Of a stretch of 47,153 bases of DNA, positions 13,418-23,310 are shown in pieces. The notes below the pieces were generated by a model. The model had not been told where the DNA came from. It did not search any database and was given only the letters and a program-made list of their open reading frames with translations. The position numbers were made by a program, and so were the translations under genes. Source of the DNA: Octopus bimaculoides (Eukaryota); the NCBI RefSeq assembly GCF_001194135.2, contig NC_068998.1:10904022-10951174 (forward strand), read 5' to 3'. The number at the start of each line of letters is the position of its first letter. Position 1 is the stretch's first letter.

Positions 13418-13564
13418 GGATGCAATTCTAAGAGAGTGGACTTCACAACAAAATAAAGATGTAGCACCAACATTAAAGAAAGACAAGTTGATTTTTGTGG
13501 TAGGTGAGACTAAATAAAATGACTTTTGCCTTTTTTTGTTTTTAATGTTTTTCTTTCTGTAAAA

Positions 13565-14857
13565 TTATTTGATGTGGCTTGTTAGATGACAGTTGAAGTC
13601 AATGCGGTCTTTGCAAATGATGTGACAAATGCCACAACGGAAAGGTTCTCCATTGTGTGAATGAAAGCCGTTGTGTAGGACATAGGTGGAACAGTCATCG
13701 AAGACAATGTGACAGTGAACACATTTGAAAACCTTGCCCTTCAAGATGAGATATGTCAGCATCGATTGATCGTCAGCATCTCTGTCTTTCTGGCTCATTA
13801 CAACTAATCCAGGGGAGGGACTCGAAGATTGTGGTGCATTGTCATAGTCACTGCCGTTAGTGCTACTACATCGGCGCATTGGATGTTTTTGTTTGCGAGT
13901 ATTGGTCGATGATGAGGTCGAAGAGGATGAGGGCATCATTCGAGAGTTGAGATTGAGACGAGTTATGGCAGATGGCAATTGCAGTCCTCCATCTTCAGGG
14001 GGTGCAATATTATCTGGAAGAAGAGCACCATCAGGAGATTTGGAACTACATATACTGGAGTTTTCTGGAGATTGGTGAGGGAGATTAGTGGCTGTTATGT
14101 CAGCATCTACCAAATTATCATAATGTGAAGTTTCATATCGAAAGATTTGATTACTGTTGGTTTCACGATTACTACTACTAATTATAGATTCTGAACTGAA
14201 ACGACGATGACGGTTTACTGTTGTAATCATGTCCACTGGTTCTTGGTTGGGAGGGATGTTTTCTTGTCCTTCCGAGATCTCTGATTTTTTAATATTTTCT
14301 GAATGTAATGAATGAGTGGAGAGATCTTCTGGATGGTCCATTGAGGGAGTGAATGATTTAGAGTTAATTGACTGGGCAATGGAGTTAATGGACTGTGGAA
14401 CAAATGCATTGAGAGATGGAGCATTGGACATTGGGGAGAGAGAGACTTTAGCTAAAGATTTACTCACATCTGGACTGTTATAAGCTAATGGTATATGACT
14501 AGAGTAATCAGGTTTACCTTCATCAGGGTCAATGATTAAGGATCCTGGTGGAGTGCTTGCCCCTGTGTGATCATAATCTCCGTTGGGCATTCCTATGTCA
14601 GTACCTTGCCCATCAGAAAGAGAATATATCAAGGCTGGATTATACTGATTGGCATGGTGGGTGGCTACGTGGTCCTGTAGTTCAGGCCAAGATCCAAATG
14701 TCATTTGACAAAGTCGGCACCGTCGATATGTCATGCTCATGTGTCGGCGTTCATGCATTTTGTAGCTTCCACATTGGGCAAAAGTACGGCCACAAATTTT
14801 GCACTGATAAGGCTTCTCACCAGTGTGTACTCTCTCGTGGGTACGTAATGTACCAAC
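13565..14857 (-). CDS. C2H2 zinc-finger transcription factor, terminal coding exon (end of ZF4, ZF5, ZF6, Ser/Pro-rich region, C-terminal finger pair)
   Basis: Acceptor ttttcttttgtAG at 14859-14858. Phase 0: VGTLRTHERVHTGEKPYQCKICGRTFAQCGSYK runs directly into the 397-aa ORF 13565..14758, which ends at TAA. AFTQ|VGTLRTHERVH completes a canonical finger across the 2575-nt intron. Confidence 0.97.
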   Translation of the reverse strand, partial: VGTLRTHERVHTGEKPYQCKICGRTFAQCGSYKMHERRHMSMTYRRCRLCQMTFGSWPELQDHVATHHANQYNPALIYSLSDGQGTDIGMPNGDYDHTGASTPPGSLIIDPDEGKPDYSSHIPLAYNSPDVSKSLAKVSLSPMSNAPSLNAFVPQSINSIAQSINSKSFTPSMDHPEDLSTHSLHSENIKKSEISEGQENIPPNQEPVDMITTVNRHRRFSSESIISSSNRETNSNQIFRYETSHYDNLVDADITATNLPHQSPENSSICSSKSPDGALLPDNIAPPEDGGLQLPSAITRLNLNSRMMPSSSSTSSSTNTRKQKHPMRRCSSTNGSDYDNAPQSSSPSPGLVVMSQKDRDADDQSMLTYLILKGKVFKCVHCHIVFDDCSTYVLHNGFHSHNGEPFRCGICHIICKDRIDFNCHLTSHIK

Positions 14858-15157
14858 CTACAAAAGAAAAAGAATAGAATTATTGACAATCGAATAACAT
14901 ACATGCATACATATACACATGCATACATACATACATGCATGCATACATACATACGTACATACATACATACATTAAGGCTATCATTGGTTTCATGTTAAGA
15001 AAGATAGGAAAACATGTAAAAATCTTAGCAATTTTTCAAGCCAATCACATGGAAGAATGGTGCTCATCATTTTGCATAAACAAATAAAGACACTCTATCC
15101 ACCAATGTTGTGTTGAGAACTCATTTTCATAGTTTGACATTTTCATATGTATGTACA

Positions 15158-15203
<46 letters not shown>

Positions 15204-15207
15204 GCAA

Positions 15208-15560
15208 ACATGGCTGTGGAGTTAAGTTTGCTTCAGAACCATGTGGTTCTGGTTTCAATCCCACTACAAACTTCTTTGCAGGAGATGCAACGATGGGTAA
15301 TCTGTGACCAGTGGGACTTTCTGAATCGTACACCTAACAATAAATTACCTTGAATGCTTTTTAACAGTGTGGCCCACCTGGTCATGAGCCATGTTTCAAT
15401 TGGCTTGCTTCTCAAAGAAAAGCTTATCTGTGCTTGTTCTATGGCCTTGGGTCGACCATTAACTTGGCCAGATTGGCATGAAAGAATACGCAACAAGAGT
15501 AGCCCTTTGAATTAAACTGTGTGGAAGCCCATCTATTCGATGGGTTTTTACACAGTTTCC
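15208..15560 (+). mobile_element. Family B SINE fragment interrupted by about 170 bp of unrelated sequence
   Basis: Head 15208-15262; resumes at about 15430 (gtgcttgttctatggccttgggtcgacca); short inverted tail at 15514-15558. Confidence 0.55.
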
Positions 15561-15660
15561 ATCGACCTAGTTGATGTTACATGCAATTATATATAGCTTT
15601 GTATGCTTCAAGATCCACTGTTCCAAAGAAGAATTATTTCACATCCTCTTGAAAAATTAT

Positions 15661-15755
15661 AAATTCTTATGGTATCAATGATATCATATAATGATATCAT
15701 AATGATATCATAAATGATATCATAAATTCTTATGATATCAATAATATCATATAAT
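15661..15755. repeat. Array of self-complementary ATGATATCAT units inside a 32-bp direct duplication
   Basis: aaattcttat(g/a)..atcaat(g/a)atatcatataat occurs at 15661 and 15724, with extra gatatcat units between. Confidence 0.8.
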
Positions 15756-15905
15756 TACCATATAATGATGGTTGTTTTATTGCATATTAATGATGATAAT
15801 AATCAAAAATGGTACATGTAGTTATTGTGATGGTCATAATGCTAGTATTGGTGGTGGTGGTGATGATGATGATGATGATGATGATGATGGTATTGGTGGT
15901 AGTGG

Positions 15906-15950
<45 letters not shown>

Positions 15951-16230
15951 CATGAAATGGTTATCGTAATAACTTTTATCAAAAATAATTTGATGTTTTT
16001 TTTTTTTGAAATTTATTAGATCTGAGTAAGAAACTAACAAAAGAAAAAGAAAAATTAATAAATAAAATAAAAACCAGAATGTGAAGAGAGTTCTGGTAGC
16101 CTTTGCATTAGCAAAATACAATTTCACCAGATTCTTGTACATTTGAATATATTTATATGCTTCAAACTTCAATACTCACTTTTCTTCAAGACATAGAAAT
16201 TTATCCAAATTTATGAATGTCAACAATAAT

Positions 16231-17288
16231 AATGGATTTAAATTTCGGCTCAAGGCCTGGAATTTTAGAGGAATAGATAAGTTGATTACATAGCACTCAG
16301 TGCTCAACATGTATATGTTCTATTGATCCCTGAAAGGATGAAAATCAAATTTGACCTTAGTAGAATTTGAACTCATAATGTTAAAGAGTTGGCAGGAATA
16401 CGGCTAAGCATTTTCTTCAACATGCTGACAATTCTGCCAGCTCATCGTCTTAATAATAACGATAATTCTTTCTACTGTAAGTGTTGAAATTTAGAGGAAG
16501 GTGATGGATGATTACATCGACCCCAGTACTCAACTGGTACTTATTTTATGGTCTTATGGATGGTTTCACCAGGGCTGGTAAGCTGGAAGGCTGCACCAGA
16601 CTCCAGTCTGATTTGGCATCATTTTCTACGGCTGGATGTCCTTCCTAACGCCAACCACTCTGAGAGTGCAACAATTGTTTTTTACGTGCCACCGTCACGG
16701 GTGACATTTGCGTGACACTGGTATCTAATTAAGGAACCAGGCCTGCAACTTTGAAGGGAGGGGTTAGTCGATTAAAATGCCCGCATGATTTGACTCATGG
16801 ACTCATGACTGTAAGCTTGCTGCTTTACAAACAATACTAATAATGATAATAATAATCTTTTCTATTATGGACACAAGGTTTCAAATTTTTGTGGGAGGGG
16901 ATTAAGTCGATTACATCGACCCCAGTGTTGTTTCACTGGTACTTAATTTATCGACCCTGAAAGGATGAAACGCAAAGTCGACCTCAGCGGAATTTGAACT
17001 CAGAATGTAACGGCAGACGAAATACCGCTAAGCATTTCACCCGGCATGCTAACGATTCTGCCAACTTACAGCCTTATAAACAATAATAATAATAATAATA
17101 ATTCTTTCTACTGGAAGCGCAAGGCCTCAAATTTGGAGGAAGGGATTAAGTGGATTACATTGACCCCAGTGCATAACTGGTTCTTATTTAATCAACTCTA
17201 GCCGAATTTGAACTCAGAACGTAGCAACAGACGAAATACCGCTAAGCATTTCACCCGGCATGCTAAGGATTCTGCTAGCTCACCGCCT
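16231..17288 (-). mobile_element. Stack of four family A SINE copies (16231-16451, 16460-16550, 16855-17075, 17100-17288) plus an RTE 3' UTR fragment (about 16561-16725)
   Basis: Repeated gacccc..aaaggatgaaa..gaatttgaactcagaa cores separated by (AAT)n; all in the same orientation, inside the last intron. Confidence 0.88.
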
Positions 17289-17295
17289 TATAGAC

Positions 17296-17327
<32 letters not shown>

Positions 17328-17432
17328 CAACATCTTTTACCCTTTGGAAAACACACCATGTCTTATATAAACACATAAAAGAAAAGTATTTTTTTATAAA
17401 TGAAACAAAAGTTATGAAAAACTGAGAGATAC

Positions 17433-17790
17433 CTGTGTAAAAGCTTTCCCACAAGTCAGACATTTGTAAGGCCTCTCACCAGTGTGTATACGTCTATGTG
17501 TGGCAAGACTGCTTTGACTAGAGAACATCTTGCCACAAATTTTACAGGTATTTGATGGCGACTCCGCTTTAATCCGGCGTGGCTGTACCAAGGACGGCAA
17601 ATTATTGATACTTTGCTTGAGCAGATGAGATTTTTCATCAGTTGCTTCGGACATCTGACGAGTATGCACCCTCTCATGCTTCTTCCAGTTGCTGGGATCA
17701 CTAAACTGCTTACCACATACAGAGCAATGGAACGGCTTCTCTCCAGTATGGATACGCTCATGAGCTTTCACATAACCAGATTGGGAAAAA
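17433..17790 (-). CDS. C2H2 zinc-finger transcription factor, internal coding exon (end of ZF1, ZF2, ZF3, start of ZF4)
   Basis: Pyrimidine-rich acceptor ttctcctccttctcaactccaaacctcAG at 17792-17791. 358 nt = 1 nt + 119 codons (FSQSGYVKAHERIHTGEKPFHCSVCGKQF...YKCLTCGKAFTQ). Donor CAG|GTATCT at 17432. TGEKP and TGERP linkers. Confidence 0.96.
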
Positions 17791-17849
17791 CTGAGGTTTG
17801 GAGTTGAGAAGGAGGAGAAAAAGGCATTATGGAAACCAAATGAATAGCA

Positions 17850-17855
17850 AAAAAT

Positions 17856-17888
<33 letters not shown>

Positions 17889-18635
17889 CGAGAGGGGGAG
17901 AAGAGTGTATGTATGTTGTGTGTGTATGAAAGAAAAAGAGTGTATGTGTGTCATGCTGTGTGTGTGTGTGTGTGCGTGGGAGAGAGAGAGTGTGTGAGAG
18001 TATGTCTGTTGTGTGTGTGTGTGTATGTGATGAGAGAGAGAGAGAGAGAGTGTATGTATGTTGTGTGTGTGTCTGAAAGAAAAAGAGTGAGTGTATGTGT
18101 GTCATGCTGCGTGTGTGCGTGTGTGTGAGAGAGAATGTGAGAGTATGTCCGTTGTGTGTGTGTGTGTGTGTGTATGTGGTGAGAGAGAGGGAGAGAGAGA
18201 GAGAGTGTATGTATGTTGTGTGTGTGTATGTATGTGTGCATGTGTGTGTGTCTGTGTGAGAGAGAGAGTGTGAGAGTATGTCTGTTGTGTGTATGTGTGT
18301 GTGTATGTGTGTATGTGTGTGTGTATGTGTGTGTGTGTGTTTGTGAAAGAGAAAGAGTGGGTGTATGTATCATGCTGTGTGTGTGTGTGTGTGAGTGAGA
18401 GAGAGAGAGATAGAGTGTGTAAGTATGTCTGTTGTGTGTGTGTGAGACAGAGGCACTGTGTGTCTGTGTTTGTGGAGAGAGAGAGAGAGAGAGAGAAAGT
18501 GTGTGTGTGAGTATATATTATGCGTGTGCATGAGAGAAAGAGGAAGTAAGAGAGACAGTGTGTGTCTGTGTATGTGAGGTGTGTGGGTGTGCATGTGTGT
18601 GTGTGTGGGTGTGCATGTGTGTGTGTGTGTGTATA
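17850..18635. repeat. Higher-order repeat (period about 140 bp) built from (GT)n/(GA)n blocks
   Basis: Anchor (g/a)agtatgtc(t/c)gttg recurs at about 17998, 18141, 18274 and 18421. Confidence 0.8.
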
Positions 18636-18640
18636 TGCAA

Positions 18641-18960
18641 TAAGGTACAGGGTCTGAAATTTTGGTGGGGTGGGTCCTAGCTGATTACACTGACCCCAGT
18701 ACTCAGCTGGTACTTATATTATCGATCCCGAAAGGATGAAAGGCAAAGTCAACCTTGAGGGAATTTTAGCTCAGAACATAAAATCAGATAAAATGCAGCT
18801 GAACATATTGTCTGGCATACTTATGATTCTTATTTCTTTATTGCCCACAAGGGGCTAAACGTAGAGGGGACAAACAAGGACAGACAAAGGGATTAAGTCG
18901 ATTACTTTGACCCAGGTCATAACTGGTACTTAATTTATCGACCCAGAAAGGATGAAAGAC
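18641..18960 (-). mobile_element. Two tandem family A SINE copies (18641-18830, 18828-18960)
   Basis: Core repeated; the second copy has an alternative tail (gcccacaaggggctaaac). Confidence 0.85.
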
Positions 18961-18961
18961 G

Positions 18962-19161
18962 CAATGGCCCAGGGGTTAGGGCAGTGGACTCGCGGTCATA
19001 GGATCGCGGTTTCGATTCCTAGACCGGATGTTGTGAGTGTTTATTGAGCGAAAACACCTAAAAGCTCCATGAGGCTCCGGCAGAGGATGTTGGCGAACCC
19101 TGCTGTACTCTTTCACCACAACTTTCTCCCTGTTTCTGTTGTACCTGTAATTCAAAGGGTC
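18962..19161 (+). mobile_element. tRNA-derived SINE family E (5' part)
   Basis: A-box tggcccaggggttagg, B-box ggtttcgattcc; gtacctgtaattcaaagggtc is shared with the copy at 42048. Confidence 0.75.
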
Positions 19162-19344
19162 NNNNNNNNNNNNNNNNNNNNNNNNNNNNNNNNNNNNNNN
19201 NNNNNNNNNNNNNNNNNNNNNNNNNNNNNNNNNNNNNNNNNNNNNNNNNNNNNNNNNNNNNNNNNNNNNNNNNNNNNNNNNNNNNNNNNNNNNNNNNNNN
19301 NNNNNNNNNNNNNNNNNNNNNNNNNNNNNNNNNNNNNNNNNNNN

Positions 19345-19357
19345 GCTCTTCCGATCT
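19345..19357 (+). other. Illumina adapter remnant (assembly artefact)
   Basis: GCTCTTCCGATCT is the 3' end of the standard Illumina read primers and sits exactly at the first base after a gap. Confidence 0.9.
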
Positions 19358-19824
19358 TGTGTGTGTATGTATGTGTGTATGTATATATGTATGTGTGCGT
19401 ATGTATGTGTGTATGTATGTGTGTATGTACATGTGTATGCTGTGTGCATGTGTGATGCAAATGGATGCATAAGTGTGTATGTAATATCATCATGATTGGT
19501 AATATAATCTTTACACACACACAGAAAGTAAAAAAAGACATTTAAACATTTCAACACATATCAAAACAACAAGAGAAAAGAATGTTTATAAGATTATATT
19601 TGTCATTCTAAACTAAAAGCTAGCTTCTAGCTATATCTATCTATCTCTACATATATGCATATACATACATGTATTATCTATCTATCTGTCTGTCTGTCTG
19701 CCTTTGTGTGTGTCTGTTTGTCTTCCTGTGTGTGTGTGTGTCTGTCTATCTATCTATCTGTCTATATACATATATATACATATATATATATATATATAGA
19801 GTGTGTATAATCTCATATTCTTTT

Positions 19825-20030
19825 TTCTACTCTAGGCACAAGGCCCAAAATTTTAATGGAGGGGGCCAGTCAATTAGATCGACCCCAGTATGCAACTGGT
19901 ACGTAGTTTATTGACCCTGAAAGGATGAAAGGCAAAGTTGACTTCGGCAGAATTTGAACTCAGAATGCAAAGATGGACAAATATTGCTAAGCATTTCGCC
20001 TGGCATGCTAACAGTTCTGCCAGCTGTCTA
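19825..20030 (-). mobile_element. Family A SINE
   Basis: Full core and tRNA-like head. Confidence 0.88.
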
Positions 20031-20191
20031 TGTAAGTTATTAATATTAAAGATGTATAGTAGAATATAATCCAATATGAGGCCTGTTGTGAAGAAGAAAA
20101 AATACATAATCAGGTTTTATAAGGGATTGTGAGTGACAGTGTCGGTTACTTGAAAACTTTACTCTCTGCATGGTGTATCCAGGAGAAATTA

Positions 20192-20234
20192 GCCAGCCAG
20201 AGGGGCCAGCCAGAGGGGCCAGCCAGAGGGGCCA
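20192..20234. repeat. Perfect 14-bp tandem repeat GCCAGCCAGAGGGG x3
   Basis: Direct reading. Confidence 0.95.
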
Positions 20235-20240
20235 CTCCTA

Positions 20241-20558
20241 TTAACCTTTTAGTATTCAGATTACTTTGTCAAATGAAATGCTTATTCAGCCACATTGTTT
20301 TGAATTAATCATGCATTATTTTGTAGCTTTGAGATTTCAATGATGTGACTGTTTATTTCTAGAATGACAATATAGGTAGGTGTGACAGGCCGGATATGGT
20401 CAGCTTCAACATAAAACAGCGTAGGATTTAAATGATGCGATTTATTTTTAGAATGTTGTTGCAGGGTAGGTGTGAGAGGTCAGATCTGGCCAGTTTGAAT
20501 ACAAGACAGGTAGAGTATTTGGGGAGAGATATAGCCGGTTTGGATGTTAAATAGTTAA
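20241..20558. mobile_element. TTAA-flanked non-autonomous element (piggyBac-like MITE)
   Basis: Starts TTAA-ccttttag and ends with a degenerate ...ttaaatag-TTAA; internal 44-bp duplication; related reverse-complement segment at 37640-37740. Confidence 0.55.
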
Positions 20559-21008
20559 AGCTATAACAATGGGAAGATTTGAATACAGTACCAAAAGCTA
20601 AAGAGAAACTTATTAAATTTTATAGCCTGCTGCTGATTACCCCACCCGTGGTGGTATCCATTTACAGCTAGGTGGACTGAGCCAGCAAGAGTTATGTGCC
20701 TTGGCTGTGAACACATTGTGGTGGTGGTTATGGGACATGACCAGTGAGTCCTTCAGTTTGTAGTCTAACGGCCTATATTATAAACTTGGATCGACTCAAA
20801 GAATAATAATGTCTACAACTGAGACTAATTTAAAAACCCTCATCCTTTTTCTAGGTGTCTGAAACTTTGTCTACAGGATTTTAATCAATCTTTTAACGAA
20901 CTAGTCATAGCTTATAAGACAAACCTTACACTTCCATACAAAACATTAACTTGTTTCACTTGAAATTATGATAAGATAAAATACAGGGTTGAATTAAAAT
21001 ATGCTTAC

Positions 21009-21223
21009 CGTTTACCACAAAATCGACAAGTGATACGAGATCCAGGGCTTCCACTACTGTTCATTAGACAACCCGGACTTCCGTTACTAGACAAAGCACC
21101 ATTTTCACAAAGGTTTGACACTGTCAGTGCACCAGGCGGTAACACACTTAAAGCACAACCATTTTCAGGTATATCATTCGTATTGGTTACACCGCTTCCT
21201 CCTCCTCCTCCTCCTCCTCCACC
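21009..21223 (-). CDS. C2H2 zinc-finger transcription factor (Ikaros/Hunchback-like), first visible coding exon; 5' part hidden in gap 21224-21672
   Basis: Minus strand is open for 71 codons plus 2 nt: G9-SGVTNTNDIPENGCALSVLPPGALTVSNLCENGALSSNGSPGCLMNSSGSPGSRITCRFCGK-cg|GTAAGC (donor at 21008). The phase-2 end joins the t at 17790 to make Arg and completes finger 1 (CRFCGKRFSQSGYVKAHERIH). Not in the ORF track. Confidence 0.92.
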
Positions 21224-22064
21224 NNNNNNNNNNNNNNNNNNNNNNNNNNNNNNNNNNNNNNNNNNNNNNNNNNNNNNNNNNNNNNNNNNNNNNNNNNNNN
21301 NNNNNNNNNNNNNNNNNNNNNNNNNNNNNNNNNNNNNNNNNNNNNNNNNNNNNNNNNNNNNNNNNNNNNNNNNNNNNNNNNNNNNNNNNNNNNNNNNNNN
21401 NNNNNNNNNNNNNNNNNNNNNNNNNNNNNNNNNNNNNNNNNNNNNNNNNNNNNNNNNNNNNNNNNNNNNNNNNNNNNNNNNNNNNNNNNNNNNNNNNNNN
21501 NNNNNNNNNNNNNNNNNNNNNNNNNNNNNNNNNNNNNNNNNNNNNNNNNNNNNNNNNNNNNNNNNNNNNNNNNNNNNNNNNNNNNNNNNNNNNNNNNNNN
21601 NNNNNNNNNNNNNNNNNNNNNNNNNNNNNNNNNNNNNNNNNNNNNNNNNNNNNNNNNNNNNNNNNNNNNNNNTATATCAAGGAAAAGGTCCTATATGTTG
21701 AAACACTTTTTTATAATATAATATACTATAGAAAGATGATATCAGAAAAGATAAATGGAAATTATATTGTGAATTTAAGATTGTAACAGGGATAAAAATT
21801 AGGTACCTACAATGTTACAAAGTGTTATTTGTTGAAAAAAACCATTTAATAAATACTTCAATCAAATTCTGGGACGAACAAAAAACAAAGAACAAAAAAA
21901 AAATTTTACTAATGTTTTTCAGCAGAGTTAGCAAAAAGTAAAAGTAGCAAAAAAAAAAAAAAAAAAAAATGTTCAGATTTCTAAAATAAGTTTGTGTGAC
22001 ACGAAGAGTATTTTTTTTTACTGGTCCTAAAAAATGTTCTTCTATACAATGGCTTGATTTCAAA

Positions 22065-22828
22065 TATTGGTAGAAGGTTAGCAATTTCAAGGGAGCAGGG
22101 AAGTTGATTACATCGACCCCAGTGCTCAACTGGTACTTATTTTGATTGACCCCCCCGCCCCCAAAAGGATGTAAGAAGAACACGTGGAGTTCTTTTGTAG
22201 ACAAAATATAAAAACAAGAAGAAGAAAAAACCCAATCTATCTCATGTCATTCACTGGTAAATATAGAATAAAATATAAATACTGAAAATATACATTCCAA
22301 AGATAACCATAATCTTAATAATCGTTATAATTTTCATCATCATCATCATCACCACTATCGTGGTCATCGTCATCATCACCATCACTACAATCATCATCAT
22401 TACCATCATCATCATCATCATCACCATCATCAATAATAATAATTCCTTCTAATTTTGGCACAAGGCCAGCATTGTTTTTTTCTTTCGAAGGAGGGGGCTT
22501 ACTTAGTTACATCACCCCCCCCCATTACTTTTATTGACCCCAAAAGGATGAAAAACAAAGCTGACCTTTGCAGCATTTGAACTCGGAATGTGAGGCCAAA
22601 AGAAATGTCGCTTATCTTAACATTTTTGTCTGACATACTGGTTCTGCCACCTCCTTGTCTTAATAACAACGGGTTTCAAATTTTGGCACAAGGCCAGGAG
22701 AAGAGGTAAGTCAATCACATCGACCCCAGTATCCAACTGGTACCTATTTTATCGACCCTGCAAGGATGAAAGGCAAAGTTGACCTTGACAGAATTTGAAC
22801 TCAGAACATAAAGACAGATGAAATGCTG
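22065..22828 (-). mobile_element. Three family A SINE copies (22065-22172, 22441-22660, 22670-22828)
   Basis: Core sequence repeated in the same orientation. Confidence 0.85.
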
Positions 22829-22887
22829 TCTCAGAATCTCGTCTCTTTCCCCGTACAATATGTGTGTGTGTGTGTGTGTATGTGCTG

Positions 22888-23042
22888 ATGTGGCTGTATG
22901 GTAAAAAGTTTGCTTCCCAGGCCCATAGTTTTTGGTTCAATCCAACTGTGTGGCACTTTGGTAAGTGTCTTCTATGATTGTCCCAGACTGACCAAAACTG
23001 TGTGAGTGGATTTAGTAGCTGGAAACTGAAAAAAGTATGTAT

Positions 23043-23085
<43 letters not shown>

Positions 23086-23310
23086 ATATGCACATGTATG
23101 TCTTTGAGTTCGTTCCCCACCTATACTTGGCAGCCAATGTTGGTTTATTTATGTCCCTGTAACTTAGCAGTTTGGCAAAATAAGACCAATGAATAAGTAC
23201 CAGGCTTTAAAAAATAAGTACCCGGGGGCAATTTGTTTGACTAAACCCTTGAAGGTGGTGCCCCCACCTGGCTGCAGTCCAATGATGTAAACAAGTAAAA
23301 AAAATAAAAG
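22888..23310 (+). mobile_element. Family B SINE, near full length
   Basis: Head, CORE-like ggcactttggtaagtgtc, microsatellite linker, and tail ending acaagtaaaa. Confidence 0.85.

Noticed and set aside
13860-14877. Plus-strand ORFs 13860..14078 and 14548..14877 and minus-strand alternative frames
   Set aside because: Shadows of the real zinc-finger exon with no recognisable domain.
17412-17954. ORF-track start and stop of the 180-aa ORF
   Set aside because: Its N-terminus is microsatellite-derived intron and VSLSFS is read-through of the donor; the true exon is 17433-17790.
18962-19030. tRNA gene (also 42048-42115 and the family A and B heads)
   Set aside because: A- and B-boxes are present but there is no complete cloverleaf, and each continues into SINE body.
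13565-21223. Assigning a symbol such as hb, IKZF1 or IKZF5
   Set aside because: The C-terminal pair and PEDLS point to the family, but the DNA-binding fingers do not match a named orthologue closely enough without a phylogeny.
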